Notes: generated from the sequence alone by a model not told the origin. A DNA stretch of 64,000 nucleotides from an uncultured virus (IMG/VR IMGVR_UViG_3300024999_000098) (IMGVR_UViG_3300024999_000098), one strand, 5' to 3'; positions 45,009 to 56,075 are shown, counted from the first letter of the stretch. Numbers and translations are program-made.

Positions 45009-47966
45009 ATGATATCATACGATGAATTCCTCCAGTCGCCGGAATTTCTTTATGCAAATGAAGAGGCCCGACCGCTGGTTATGGAAACCTATGCCACCGA
45101 CTTCTGGAAAGAGGTCATGTCAGATCCCGAATACGCCAGCAACCACGATGCGCCCGAGTGGCAGCAGGTTCGTGATCAGTTCGACAGTATGTTCCCGACC
45201 GGCAGGTATATCCGCGCCGAGCTTGAGGGCCAGGATACCGGCATTAAGAAGGGCTGGGAGGGGCTGAAGTCTGGTGCCAAGCAGGCCTACGGTGTCGTCA
45301 CCGGCAACGCCGATATGGTGGCAGAAGAGGTTGCCAAACAGGACGAATACGAGCGGAATAATCCTGGCACCCGCGCAGGCGGAGAGATGGAGAAAGCGTT
45401 TCAATCTGGCGGTGACCGGCCTGGTGTGATCGGCGGCATCAAGAACGTCGCAGGCGGTATTCTGGGTGTCGGCCGGGAATTCAAGAAGGATGTTGTTGAA
45501 GCGCCAGATATCTGGACCGGCACAAAAGCCGCCTGGGATAACCTGGCCGCATTCGCCAACGCCAACCTTGAGCAGCTTCCGAATTCAGCACCGGGTATGA
45601 CCGGCACGCTGGCCGGTGGCGCTGCAGGTTGGGCCAGTGGCGGACCAATCGGTGCAATCCTGGGGAGTATCGGTGGTGGCACTGTCGGTAATTCAATCGT
45701 GGAGATGCGCGGTAAAATCCTCCAGGGCCTGCAGGAAGCAAAAATAAACCCGGTTGATCGCGATGCCGTATCAAAATGGGTCGCCGAGAACCAGGCCCAG
45801 ATCATCACTGACACAGCCCAGAAATCAGCAGTAATATCAGTAGTTGATGCTCTCACATTGGCAGCTGGTGCGAAGATCCTCGCTGGCCCGGCTCTCGCTG
45901 CGTCGAACCGTACCCTTGCAAAAATGGGTGTGGATGCCGCAAGTCCGGACATGGTGAAAGCCGCAAAATCCAGCCCGCAGTATAAGGCCCTGATGGCCGC
46001 TGACGAGCCGTTCCAGAAAACACTCACTGGTGTCAATAAGCTCTCCCGCAACGTCGGTGCAGCCGCTCTTGAGCCTGCCGGTGAGGCCTTTGGCGAGTAC
46101 ATGGGTGAGAAGTGGTCCACCGGCAAGCAGGATATGCGCGAGGCATTCCTGGAGGGGATCTTCTCCCTGGGCACCTCAGCCGGTGTGTTTGCTGGCCAGA
46201 AAGCCTTCCAGGCAATCAAGGCCCCAGGCAAACCAGCAGTTCCTGAAAAGCCTATCGGAGCAGCAACGCAGGGAATCCTTGCAACCGAGTCCGTCGATGA
46301 GGCAATCGAGACATTCAAGACCGCAGTCGAGACACCGGCTATGCCCACCGAAGAGCTTGGCGTGCAGGCCCCTGTCGACCAAGCCATTGACGAATTCAAA
46401 AGCAACGTCCGTACCGGCGACCAGCGCGTAGCAGAGCGGGATATTGAATCGATCTTGACATCTAGCCAGGTTCCGGTAGATCCGCAGACCTACGGCCCGG
46501 CCTACGACTACACCATCAACGACGAGCCAACAGTCTCCGCGCCGGTTGAATCAATCGAAGAGCGCAAGGCGGCAATCGAATCATCTCCACTGACCGATGA
46601 GGAAATCCGTGGTAAGGCAGGGGCTGAATATATCCCGTCTGTCGACGGCGATCGCCTTAAAAAACAGGCAGATAGAGAGTTCGCGTATGAGGTATCAGAG
46701 AGGCCTGACGAGCCCGAATACGAGAGCCCCGAGGAACGACGGGCCGTCATTAAATACTCCGAGCTGACAGAGGAAGAGATCCGGGGAAAAGCCGGAACTA
46801 CATACACTCCGTCAGTTGACGGCGACCGGCTCAAAAAGCAGGCGGAACTGGAGGAAACCTTCGCACTGCCGACAAGGGAAGAGCAGCGCAGATCTACGAA
46901 AGCAGAAACCTACGAGACGCTTGCCAATAAGGAAGAGACTCCGCTAGACCGGAAGATGGCCAAGGTCGAGGAGGATCTCGATGCCCGGCGTGCCGTGGGA
47001 ACAGCACGCCCGGAAATCGCAACCGAAACCCTGGAGCGCCAGGAGGTCTTTGAGTCCAAGCCCGCAGACTTCACCGCCAGCAACGGTAAACCGTTCAGCA
47101 ACGAGAAGACACTGAAGTGGTCTGCAGCCCAGCGCAAAGTCTCCCTGGAAGGGATGGCCATCGTCCCGTACAAGGGCGGTGTCATCGCCGTGTCGAAAGC
47201 AGCCGAAAAAGCGCCTGTACGGCACGACGCTGCGGTCAAACTGGAAAACGGGCACTGGGAGATCAACGGCGACAAATCAACGGCTAAGGGTCAAACAGTC
47301 GATCTGGATGCCACCCAGCCCCAGAAGGAAGCCGGGAACTACAAGAAGGCCCATGTTCGGATCAACGGCCTGGAAATCTCCATCGAGAACCCTATCGGCT
47401 CCACCCGCACAGGAATCGCTCCAGATGGCTCTGAGTGGCAGACACCGATGAAAGCGGACTATGGGTATATCAAGGGCACAACCGGCAATGACAAGGACCA
47501 CCTTGACGTTTTTATCAAGCCGAAATACCGTGGCGGCGACGGGCCGGTATTCGTCGTCAATCAGGTGGACCCGGAAACCGGCAAGTTCGATGAGCACAAG
47601 GTCGTCATGGGCGCGAAGACCGAAGACGAGGCCATGGAGATCTACGAGTCGAATTACGAGAAGGGCTGGCCGGGCGGGAAGTCGGTAGTACCGATGACCC
47701 AGGAACAGTTCTCCTCTTGGTCGCGCTCTGAAGCACCGAAGAAGGGAGAAGTGAAGCTGGCTGATCTGCCCAAGGCCCCCAAAGCACCGAAGGCCCTACC
47801 ATCTGTAGACCTTGAAAGTATCCCGAGCGATCTTATGGTACAGGTTAAAGAAATTACCAAGGACGGTAAGGAGCAGCCCGTCACCAGAAATGCCCGTGCG
47901 GCACTGAAAGAGCACGGAGAACTGATCGAAAAGTACAGCACACTGTTAGGATGTCTCCAATCATAA
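45009..47966 (+). CDS. Large internal virion protein with InPase (polyvalent-protein pyrophosphatase-like) domain
   Basis: GNYKK.HV...GL.ISIENP.GS.R.G...W...M..DYGYI.GT.G.D.D.LDVF..FDEHKV. Confidence 0.75.
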   Translation: MISYDEFLQSPEFLYANEEARPLVMETYATDFWKEVMSDPEYASNHDAPEWQQVRDQFDSMFPTGRYIRAELEGQDTGIKKGWEGLKSGAKQAYGVVTGNADMVAEEVAKQDEYERNNPGTRAGGEMEKAFQSGGDRPGVIGGIKNVAGGILGVGREFKKDVVEAPDIWTGTKAAWDNLAAFANANLEQLPNSAPGMTGTLAGGAAGWASGGPIGAILGSIGGGTVGNSIVEMRGKILQGLQEAKINPVDRDAVSKWVAENQAQIITDTAQKSAVISVVDALTLAAGAKILAGPALAASNRTLAKMGVDAASPDMVKAAKSSPQYKALMAADEPFQKTLTGVNKLSRNVGAAALEPAGEAFGEYMGEKWSTGKQDMREAFLEGIFSLGTSAGVFAGQKAFQAIKAPGKPAVPEKPIGAATQGILATESVDEAIETFKTAVETPAMPTEELGVQAPVDQAIDEFKSNVRTGDQRVAERDIESILTSSQVPVDPQTYGPAYDYTINDEPTVSAPVESIEERKAAIESSPLTDEEIRGKAGAEYIPSVDGDRLKKQADREFAYEVSERPDEPEYESPEERRAVIKYSELTEEEIRGKAGTTYTPSVDGDRLKKQAELEETFALPTREEQRRSTKAETYETLANKEETPLDRKMAKVEEDLDARRAVGTARPEIATETLERQEVFESKPADFTASNGKPFSNEKTLKWSAAQRKVSLEGMAIVPYKGGVIAVSKAAEKAPVRHDAAVKLENGHWEINGDKSTAKGQTVDLDATQPQKEAGNYKKAHVRINGLEISIENPIGSTRTGIAPDGSEWQTPMKADYGYIKGTTGNDKDHLDVFIKPKYRGGDGPVFVVNQVDPETGKFDEHKVVMGAKTEDEAMEIYESNYEKGWPGGKSVVPMTQEQFSSWSRSEAPKKGEVKLADLPKAPKAPKALPSVDLESIPSDLMVQVKEITKDGKEQPVTRNARAALKEHGELIEKYSTLLGCLQS

Positions 47967-47978
47967 AGAGGTAAGTGA

Positions 47979-50900
47979 ATGAGTTCTCTCTCAAATTGTC
48001 TGTCTGTCCACAAGATTCCTACCACAGAAGCTGAGTTCATCAAAAGCAAATCCGCCGAGTATCGCAGTGAGGGTTTCGATGCCCAGGCCGCGAACGAGGG
48101 CGCAGTCAAGGATCTGATCAATAACCTGCGTGGCGAATACGAGGCCATGGTTGCACAGGTTCAAGGGAAAGCCACCAAGCCGACCGATAACGTGGTTGAT
48201 GCCGAGGAGGCCCTGAAAGACCCGGAACTTGCCAAGTTCAAGGGCAATAAGTTTTTCACCGCAGCCGTGGTCAAAGGGGCCAGGGATCGGATCGCCGCCA
48301 GCAGCAAAACCCTTTCTTCTGGATTCGATATTACCCTCCTGAAGGATCTCATTCTGATCGGCGGTGCCTACTTCGAAAAGGGTGCTAGGGAATTCACCGC
48401 ATGGGCAAAGAAGATGCGGGAAACCCACAAGGATGTCAGCGAGAAGTATCTGGTGGATACGTTCAAGATCGTCTCCAAACATCCGGCATTCGACGGCGAA
48501 ACCCGCAAGGCCGGTTCCCATATCGATTGGCAACCCGAGGTCGCTGGCACCGGCCGGATCTTCGGTTCCCCGGAAGACATCAATACCATGGAGGATTTTG
48601 AAAACAAGCTGAAGTTCGTCACAGGCCTCCGCGATGAAGGTGTTTCCGGGCGCTACTGGTACGAGCAGTCGGCCCGCTACATCTGGGAGGCTATGCAGGG
48701 AAACCCGCTCCTGGCCGAGAAGTTCATCAAGATCCTGGCGATCTACTCACCGCAGTCCGCTGTCGGCTCCAACACCACCATGGGGATCAAGGCCTTCAAT
48801 CAGTGGCTCAATGGTGTACCCGAGCCGATGCTGAAGACGAAGACCACAGCCCAGGATGCAAAGGCAAGGAACGTCCTGTACCATGATGGTCACTTTGAGG
48901 GACGCAAGACCGAATCCTTCTATTACAACCTGCTGACCCAGATCATTTATGAGCACCCGGAAGCCATCGTTGAGATGACCTTAAGTGCAGAGGATATGGA
49001 GAAGCTCGGTATTAAGAGCACGGTCGATGTTTGGATGCTCCGTTCGTTTCACTATCGCCGGGCAGGAACCCCCAATGACCTTGGTAATGGCGCTTACTCG
49101 TTCGTAGAGAATTCGCTCCTGCGGCTGGTGGACGAGGCTAACGCGAACCTCCCCGAGGGTGAACCCAAATGGACCCCATACCAGTATCAGGCTGCAGTCT
49201 GGACCGCCATGAAGGCCCGGTATGAAGATCCGGCAGTCAAGGCCAAGACGAACCAGATGTCCCTGGACGCTGGCTTCTCCTACATGGGAACCGACAAGAA
49301 GGGAAACCCCGCACTCCTTCGCAAGACGGATAAGGTGTCGAAAGAAGGGCACATGGAAATCTGGTATCAGAACGCCATGTCAATGGTCACACCAGAGCAA
49401 GCCAGGAATAATGCAGAGGAATGGGGTGCAGACTTCGCAACCCACCTGACCAAGCGCACCGCCGTCGCAACCTGGGAAGCCAACCCGAGCACAGTCTTTA
49501 AGCATGAGATCAATGATGCATCCAGGGCCATCAAGGAAGAGTTCCAGTCCATGGCGCAGCAGATCATCACCGGGGAGGAGGGCGAGAACCTTGTGTCCTC
49601 CGCTCTCGGGATAGGGCTCACATACGATAAAAAGGGCTCAGGGGCTTATGCTGGAACTGTCTCCCCGAATACCCTGTCGCACCTTACGCCGACCGTTTCC
49701 CCGCTGTCAAAGCATACCGTCAACGCCTACACTAAGATCCTGCAGTACGTGTTTAAACAGGACGCAGTGCCATGGTTCCAGGTAAACCCACAGGCGCTAA
49801 ACAAGGGTGAAGCGAACGAGAATAAATACCGCGTCATCGACAAGAACGATAAGACCTACCGGACCTTCCCCACCATCGCAGAGGCCCGTGCGGTCGCCGC
49901 CGAGAAGGGCTCCGGGTATGCCGTAAAGGGCGGGCCTTATGCCCGTGGTATGATGTTGACCTACGGGAGCGACATTACCCCCGAGCAGGAAGCTGCATTG
50001 TCTGTGGCGCTTGACGCGAAGTTCGGCAACGGTGGGGGGTTTACCAGGCTGAATAACCGACAAGTCGCGGTTGTCAATTTCAGGGATGATGACACCAAAA
50101 TCCCCGAAATGGAGGATGAGGATTTTATAGAAGGCCTGCGTGATATCACCGATGATATCACCGGCATTGAATCACAGAAAGGCTTCTGGGCCGAGGGACG
50201 ATATGGCTACCATGACTGGACGAAAGACAAGGAAGGTAAGGCGCTTACCGATGACAGAATTATCACAGGAATCCCCGGACTTCTCAACAGGGTACGTGCT
50301 TGGAGAGCAGAATACGAAGAGCTTGTCACAGAGTTCTCCGGAGAAGCCCTCCGAGAGCGCGAACGACAAGTCGCAGCAGGAAGGGGCCGATTTCGTATCG
50401 AAGACGCTGGCAAGGGAATTCAAACAGAGTCAGGGCTCCCGGTAAACCCGGACGGAACTGTTCCCTTATTTCATTGGTCAGCAAAATCCGATCTCACAGA
50501 ACTCGATCCTGGGAAGTATGGCACCGGCATCAAGGGTGCAGAGCTTCGCCGCAAACAGAACGACCCGGCAAACTGGGTCAACCGGACCTACTATGGAGTG
50601 GAAGGAGGTGGATACACCAAGGAGCCAGGTCTGGGCGGGCAGAGGTACGATACATCAATTCCATTTATGAGACTGTACGATTTTCAGAAAGACCCTGACA
50701 ATCTGATGGACGCTGTTCGTAAGGAGAAGGCTGGCGATCCCTTTATCAATCAAGCCAATCTCTATGAGCGAAAAATCAAGGAGGCAGGATACGCCGGATA
50801 TATCAGTAAAAGTGATATGGGGTATGTTGCTGCCGTCTTTGAAAAGCAACCGGTGTCACGCAGGGCTATAACCACTTGGCCAAGTGATATTTCCAACGCC

Positions 50901-53519
50901 AAGGCCTTTTACTCCAAGATCCAGCAGGTAGCGTCCGATAAATTCACCGGCATGAAGGCGCAAGGTGTCGAGAACTTCCTCTTGAAGCAGGGTGTCAAGA
51001 AGGCCGAGATCGAATCGACCGGTCTGCGGGAATGGCTGGGCGCGATGAAGCCTACCGACAAGGTAACGAAGGAGCAGTTGAGCGACTTCGTGCAGGCGAA
51101 CACCGTTGAGTTTGAGGATGTGGTGATGGGGGCCAGAGATCAGGCCAAGGTTGCACCTATCGCGAAAAAGCTTAGGGCTGTCGTAAAGGCCAATGATGAC
51201 TTGGGTTACGATACAACCGGGGAGGCCGTTTCTGATTTGCGAGACAATAAGCTGGACCCAAATAATGTAGAATGGAACGACGCCGAAGATAAAGAACTGG
51301 CGATTGATCTAATAAGGAAATTGCGCGATGCGATAGGATGGCCTACCCACTTCGACCAGTACACCGAGCCAGGAGCCGAGGAAGGCAGCTACCGGGAGAT
51401 GTTCGTTACTGCGCCGGGGAATAAGGTTGATGAGTCTGGGTGGGAAGTAAAATATATTGAACTTAATGCCGAGGTAAAGAGAAAACTAAAAGAAAGGGGG
51501 ATAGATAGATCAGGTGGGTATCGTGTTATTGATACCAATGGACACCCTATTTCTTTGTCAATACGGCAAACCAAAGAGGAGGCGCTTGCTGACGCGAGGA
51601 AAGTAAGGAGAACATGGAACGACGGCCACTCCCAATACTCAGAGATCCAAAACCCCATAGTCCGCATACGGTTCAACACCGTCAAGGATTCTGAGGGCAG
51701 AACAATTCTCCGCGTTGAAGAGATGCAGGGACCGTCCGACGCGAACCAGCAGAAGATGCCCAAGCACCTGAAGGACAATATCTACCAGACCGGTGTCAAG
51801 CGCGTCCTCGCCTATGCCAAGGAGAACGGGTTCGACGGGGTGGCGCTGGCTACGAAGCCGGGGCGGACTGCCGGGGAGACTCAGGCTGACCGGTATTCGC
51901 TTGAGAAGCAGATCAGGGAGATAAATTATACAAGGCATGATGATTTTGGGGAAATCACATACGACTTTTCCGCCACAGGACTAGACGGGAACGAAGCCAT
52001 GCAGCGGAATGGGTTGAGCCAGAACGAAGTGGCCGACTATCTTGGCAAAGATATGGCCGTAAAAATGGACAAAAAGGATGGGACGTTTGTTGAGGGCGGA
52101 GACGACAGCCATTATCAACTTTCCGGCCTTGATCTTCGCGTTGGTGGCTCCGGCCTGAAGCAACTCTATGACGTAGACCTCCCCAACATCTTTAAAGCAT
52201 GGGGCAAGGAGGCAATAGGGGAGGCTGCCGTCGCGACAAGCCAATCCTCATGGGAGGTTGTTGGGTATGACATCGAAGGATCGCGGCATGTTCTGAGTTC
52301 TCACGACAACAAAAGCGATGCTGATAGGGCGGCTAAAGACACCGGCAAATATGAAGATTCGCCCGTGTCGGTAGAGCGCGGCGGAACCGCAACCATGCCG
52401 TTTATCCCCATCACCCAGAACACGCCCAGCACCTTCCCGAAGTTCAGGCGAGGCACTGTCGCAGCCTCCGCTGACTCGGAGACTGCCAGGGTAAACCACA
52501 TATCGTCACTGCCAGTCCGACAGCAAGAAATAGTAAAACACCTTGAACGATCCGGCGTGCTGAATTTCGTCACCAACGACCGGATCTTGAAAATGATCAA
52601 GCAGCGAGACGGGGTTGATTTTGCCAGCCAGAACGTCAGGATCGCAGGTGTGGTTTGGGACGGACCGGCATTTATCGCCGCCGAGAACATCCCGGCTGAT
52701 CAGATCTGGAGCACCATCCGGCACGAAGTCGGTGTCCATGTCGGTTTTCTCCTGCAGTCCGATAAGGAATTCCAGATGATGAAGGATAGCGTCTGGGGCC
52801 GTCGCGATGAAAAAAGCACAACCGGCGAGGCGATCCGCGCTGCCATGAAGCTGATTCCCGCAGACACCGAATCCCAATACTACCGGGAAGAGATCATCGC
52901 ATACCTCGCTGGCCAGGAGGGTGATATCGGCATCATCCGCCGCCTGATCACCAAGGTCAAGATGGCCATGGTGAAGGCAGGCTTTGATATGAAGCTGTTC
53001 ACCGTGGACGATTTCAAGGCCATGGCAGATATGGCGATCAAGGCCTCTTCCAAAGAATGGATGGTCGCGAAGAACGCTGACGGCTCCAGCCGAAATATGG
53101 TCACAGTAGCAGCGCAACCAGCAAGGCACGCACAGGTTCCCATGGGTCGTGCAGCCGCGCCCCATACTGGGCCGATCCTGCCGATCCAGACCGTGCTTGA
53201 GAAGTCCTGGCTCGGTGAGAAGTTCGAAAAATTCGGCATCTGGGGGTGGAATGCGGACAAGGCAATCGAGACGGTGCAGAAGCAAATCCCTGACCAACCG
53301 GTTGAGCGTGACTATAATCTCCTGCGCGGGCTGGCCGGGAAGGCTATCGCCGGGCAGGTTCAGATCTTCGACAGCGAGAAGCTGCAGCCATACCTGAAGT
53401 CTCTGGTGGCCAATGGCCTGACCATTGACGATGTCGAGCGCCTGGGTTGGGCACAGCACGCCCCCGAGCGGAACCTGCAGATGCGCCGAGTGAACCACGC
53501 CGGTATGTCGATGCGGTGA
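47979..53519 (+). CDS. Giant polyvalent virion protein, N-terminal part
   Basis: 1846 aa; WY..SPQ..N..K..FY.NL..TVDVWM; FHWS..G.G..YYG; HEVGVH; ends HAPERN. Confidence 0.75.
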   Translation: MSSLSNCLSVHKIPTTEAEFIKSKSAEYRSEGFDAQAANEGAVKDLINNLRGEYEAMVAQVQGKATKPTDNVVDAEEALKDPELAKFKGNKFFTAAVVKGARDRIAASSKTLSSGFDITLLKDLILIGGAYFEKGAREFTAWAKKMRETHKDVSEKYLVDTFKIVSKHPAFDGETRKAGSHIDWQPEVAGTGRIFGSPEDINTMEDFENKLKFVTGLRDEGVSGRYWYEQSARYIWEAMQGNPLLAEKFIKILAIYSPQSAVGSNTTMGIKAFNQWLNGVPEPMLKTKTTAQDAKARNVLYHDGHFEGRKTESFYYNLLTQIIYEHPEAIVEMTLSAEDMEKLGIKSTVDVWMLRSFHYRRAGTPNDLGNGAYSFVENSLLRLVDEANANLPEGEPKWTPYQYQAAVWTAMKARYEDPAVKAKTNQMSLDAGFSYMGTDKKGNPALLRKTDKVSKEGHMEIWYQNAMSMVTPEQARNNAEEWGADFATHLTKRTAVATWEANPSTVFKHEINDASRAIKEEFQSMAQQIITGEEGENLVSSALGIGLTYDKKGSGAYAGTVSPNTLSHLTPTVSPLSKHTVNAYTKILQYVFKQDAVPWFQVNPQALNKGEANENKYRVIDKNDKTYRTFPTIAEARAVAAEKGSGYAVKGGPYARGMMLTYGSDITPEQEAALSVALDAKFGNGGGFTRLNNRQVAVVNFRDDDTKIPEMEDEDFIEGLRDITDDITGIESQKGFWAEGRYGYHDWTKDKEGKALTDDRIITGIPGLLNRVRAWRAEYEELVTEFSGEALRERERQVAAGRGRFRIEDAGKGIQTESGLPVNPDGTVPLFHWSAKSDLTELDPGKYGTGIKGAELRRKQNDPANWVNRTYYGVEGGGYTKEPGLGGQRYDTSIPFMRLYDFQKDPDNLMDAVRKEKAGDPFINQANLYERKIKEAGYAGYISKSDMGYVAAVFEKQPVSRRAITTWPSDISNAKAFYSKIQQVASDKFTGMKAQGVENFLLKQGVKKAEIESTGLREWLGAMKPTDKVTKEQLSDFVQANTVEFEDVVMGARDQAKVAPIAKKLRAVVKANDDLGYDTTGEAVSDLRDNKLDPNNVEWNDAEDKELAIDLIRKLRDAIGWPTHFDQYTEPGAEEGSYREMFVTAPGNKVDESGWEVKYIELNAEVKRKLKERGIDRSGGYRVIDTNGHPISLSIRQTKEEALADARKVRRTWNDGHSQYSEIQNPIVRIRFNTVKDSEGRTILRVEEMQGPSDANQQKMPKHLKDNIYQTGVKRVLAYAKENGFDGVALATKPGRTAGETQADRYSLEKQIREINYTRHDDFGEITYDFSATGLDGNEAMQRNGLSQNEVADYLGKDMAVKMDKKDGTFVEGGDDSHYQLSGLDLRVGGSGLKQLYDVDLPNIFKAWGKEAIGEAAVATSQSSWEVVGYDIEGSRHVLSSHDNKSDADRAAKDTGKYEDSPVSVERGGTATMPFIPITQNTPSTFPKFRRGTVAASADSETARVNHISSLPVRQQEIVKHLERSGVLNFVTNDRILKMIKQRDGVDFASQNVRIAGVVWDGPAFIAAENIPADQIWSTIRHEVGVHVGFLLQSDKEFQMMKDSVWGRRDEKSTTGEAIRAAMKLIPADTESQYYREEIIAYLAGQEGDIGIIRRLITKVKMAMVKAGFDMKLFTVDDFKAMADMAIKASSKEWMVAKNADGSSRNMVTVAAQPARHAQVPMGRAAAPHTGPILPIQTVLEKSWLGEKFEKFGIWGWNADKAIETVQKQIPDQPVERDYNLLRGLAGKAIAGQVQIFDSEKLQPYLKSLVANGLTIDDVERLGWAQHAPERNLQMRRVNHAGMSMR

Positions 53520-56050
53520 TCGGCTTTATGACCGGCACCGAGGCCAAGCCATACGAGGATCAGCTGGGCGACATCCAGGAAGAGTTCATCATGCAGGGCC
53601 AAACCCTGAACGAGAAGCGGGACCAGAATGTGGCCATGATGGACCAGATGATCGGAGAAATTCCGATTTGGACTGCAGCAATTGAACAAATGCAGCGGGA
53701 TCTCGATGCCCGCGTGTTCACTCCGCAGGAGGTTTCCAAGGGAACACCGGACTGGTTTCAGGCCAAAATCGACAAGCGGTGGGAAGACCTTGCCGAGCGT
53801 AAACGCCTGATAGATCAGTGGGAAGCTGAGAAAGGTATGCTTTCTGGCATGACAGATAGTGAGGCTGCAGCCATCATTCAGGAGTACAATGGCAACGCTT
53901 CCGCCTTTGACGCAACGGCAGAGATCCGTGGTTGGTCCGACGAAGCACTCGACCGGATGTTCCGAGCCGGGGAATTCGATCCGGAAGAGTATATCAACCT
54001 AAAGCGAATGTATCAGTATTACGTGCCCTTGATGCGTGAGGATCAGGATAACGCTGGCCTGGCGCAGGGTCGAAAAGGGCTCGGGCCGATCAGCCGTCCG
54101 TTCAAAACAGCAGCCGGTTCCACCCGCAAGGTTGTCGATATCTTCGCCAACGTGGTGGATCGCTGGCAGGGCTCCGTTGCGAGAGAGCAGAAATTAATCG
54201 CAGGAAGGGCACTGTACGACATGATCAGGGCAAACCCGAATGAAGAGATGTGGGCCATCGTTCCGCTCAAAAAAAGCCCTTATGAGGACAATGAGGGCAA
54301 TATCCGCTATTACACTGATCAGCGCCTGGACGACAAGACCCAGACCTATGTCAAGGTGGACGGCAAGAAGTACGTGATCCAGATCAACAAGAACAGCCCC
54401 ACCATGGTCCGTTTCATGGAAGCGATCAACCGGCAGGTTACCCAGATGGGTCCGGTCTACCAGGCTCTCGGTTCAGTCAACCGCGTACTGGCCAGGTTGT
54501 ACACCAGCTGGACCCCGGAATTCATGCTGCCCAACTTCGCCCGCGATATCCAAACCGCCATGGTCAACATGACGGCCACAGAGGCCAAGGGCCTGCAGAC
54601 CACGGTACTTAAGAACGTCGGTAAGGCAATCCGTGGAATCTGGCTGGAGGAGCGCGGCAAACCATCCGGAGTCTATGGTGCTGCCTACAAGGAAGCCAGG
54701 ATGACCGGTGGACTCATGGGGTGGATGACCAACTATGAGGACGTAAAAGAGCTTTCCAAGGAATTAAAGATGGACTTTGAGACGGCTCAAGGGCAGCACT
54801 GGACCCGCCATAAACTGGAGGCCATTGGGAAGTATGTCAACGACCTGAATATGGCAATCGAGAATGGTGTCCGTGTCGCAACCTATAAGGCCATGGTTGA
54901 TCGCGGGATCGACAAACGGATCGCAGCACAGACCGTATCGAACCTGACCGTGGACTTCACCAAGCACGGAACCGCAGGCCCGGCAATCAACAGCCTGTTC
55001 ATTTTCGCCAACGCGGCCATTCAGGGTACGGTGCGCGGCGGGCAGGCCCTGCTGACCTCTCATAAGGTCCAGGGTGTTGCAGCCAGTATCGTCGGCTTCG
55101 GGATGATGATGAACTTCCTGGGCGGCTGGATGGGCGGCGAGGACGAGGACGGCGAGGAATTCTACGAGAAGATGAAACGGGAACAGCCGGATCTCTTCCA
55201 GCGGAATATCGTCATCATGCAGCCGGGCGGCGGCGGGAAGCACTTCAAGATCCCGATGGCCTATTTCTGGAACACCTTCTACACGCTGGGCGATGAGGCC
55301 GCAAGCGCCATGAAGACCGGGCGCTGGGGTGAGGGATCGGTGCGAGTCGTCACCGCCCTGATGAATTCCTTCAATCCATTGGCCGCGTCTTCCGCACTGC
55401 AGATGGTCACTCCGACAATCGGTGATCCACTCGCACAGGTAGCAGAGAACAAGGCCTGGCACGGCGGCCCGCTGATGCCGAAAGAGAACCCGTTCGGTTA
55501 TAAGGCCGACAGCTGGCGGCACTGGAAGAACGTCAACCCGACCGTCAAGGAGACGATGCAATGGCTGAACGATGTGACCGGTGGTAGCCAGTTCAAGTCC
55601 GGGTGGATCGATATCTCCCCAGAGACAATCGAGATGCTGATCGGCACTTATGGCGGTGGTGCTGGCAAATTCATCGCCGACACCATGAGCCTGCCGATCA
55701 ACGCAGCCACTGGTGAGCTTACCCCCAGAAATACACCGCTTGTCAGGAAGATCTACGGGACGATGAATTTGCGCGTTAACATTGGTATTTTCTACGAAAA
55801 CCGTGAGGATCTTGAGATCTTTGAACAGGAGCTGAAGGTCGCCACTCCCGCAGAGCGCCGGGCCATGATTAAAGACCCGCTCTATAAACTCCTGGGGCCA
55901 TACAAACAGCTGGAGTCTTCGCTGCGGGTTTTGACGAAACAGAAGAAGGCATTGGTGGAGAAAGGACAAGACACCGATGTCATTGATAAAAGAATTTCCA
56001 AGCTCCAAGTGGAGTTCAACGCCAAGTACAATAAGGCGACCGGACGTTGA
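53447..56050 (+). CDS. Giant polyvalent protein, C-terminal part (LPD38-like), in -1 frame
   Basis: SGMTDSEA; YYVPL.R; NF.RD.Q; TVDF.K.G; F.NA.IQG; KIP..Y; ISPE.I. Confidence 0.7.
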   Translation: MGTARPRAEPADAPSEPRRYVDAVIGFMTGTEAKPYEDQLGDIQEEFIMQGQTLNEKRDQNVAMMDQMIGEIPIWTAAIEQMQRDLDARVFTPQEVSKGTPDWFQAKIDKRWEDLAERKRLIDQWEAEKGMLSGMTDSEAAAIIQEYNGNASAFDATAEIRGWSDEALDRMFRAGEFDPEEYINLKRMYQYYVPLMREDQDNAGLAQGRKGLGPISRPFKTAAGSTRKVVDIFANVVDRWQGSVAREQKLIAGRALYDMIRANPNEEMWAIVPLKKSPYEDNEGNIRYYTDQRLDDKTQTYVKVDGKKYVIQINKNSPTMVRFMEAINRQVTQMGPVYQALGSVNRVLARLYTSWTPEFMLPNFARDIQTAMVNMTATEAKGLQTTVLKNVGKAIRGIWLEERGKPSGVYGAAYKEARMTGGLMGWMTNYEDVKELSKELKMDFETAQGQHWTRHKLEAIGKYVNDLNMAIENGVRVATYKAMVDRGIDKRIAAQTVSNLTVDFTKHGTAGPAINSLFIFANAAIQGTVRGGQALLTSHKVQGVAASIVGFGMMMNFLGGWMGGEDEDGEEFYEKMKREQPDLFQRNIVIMQPGGGGKHFKIPMAYFWNTFYTLGDEAASAMKTGRWGEGSVRVVTALMNSFNPLAASSALQMVTPTIGDPLAQVAENKAWHGGPLMPKENPFGYKADSWRHWKNVNPTVKETMQWLNDVTGGSQFKSGWIDISPETIEMLIGTYGGGAGKFIADTMSLPINAATGELTPRNTPLVRKIYGTMNLRVNIGIFYENREDLEIFEQELKVATPAERRAMIKDPLYKLLGPYKQLESSLRVLTKQKKALVEKGQDTDVIDKRISKLQVEFNAKYNKATGR

Positions 56051-56075
56051 CCGATGTATCAATATGAGTTATAGT
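56047..56075 (+). promoter_or_regulatory. Promoter
   Basis: TTGACC-17-TATAGT. Confidence 0.55.
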
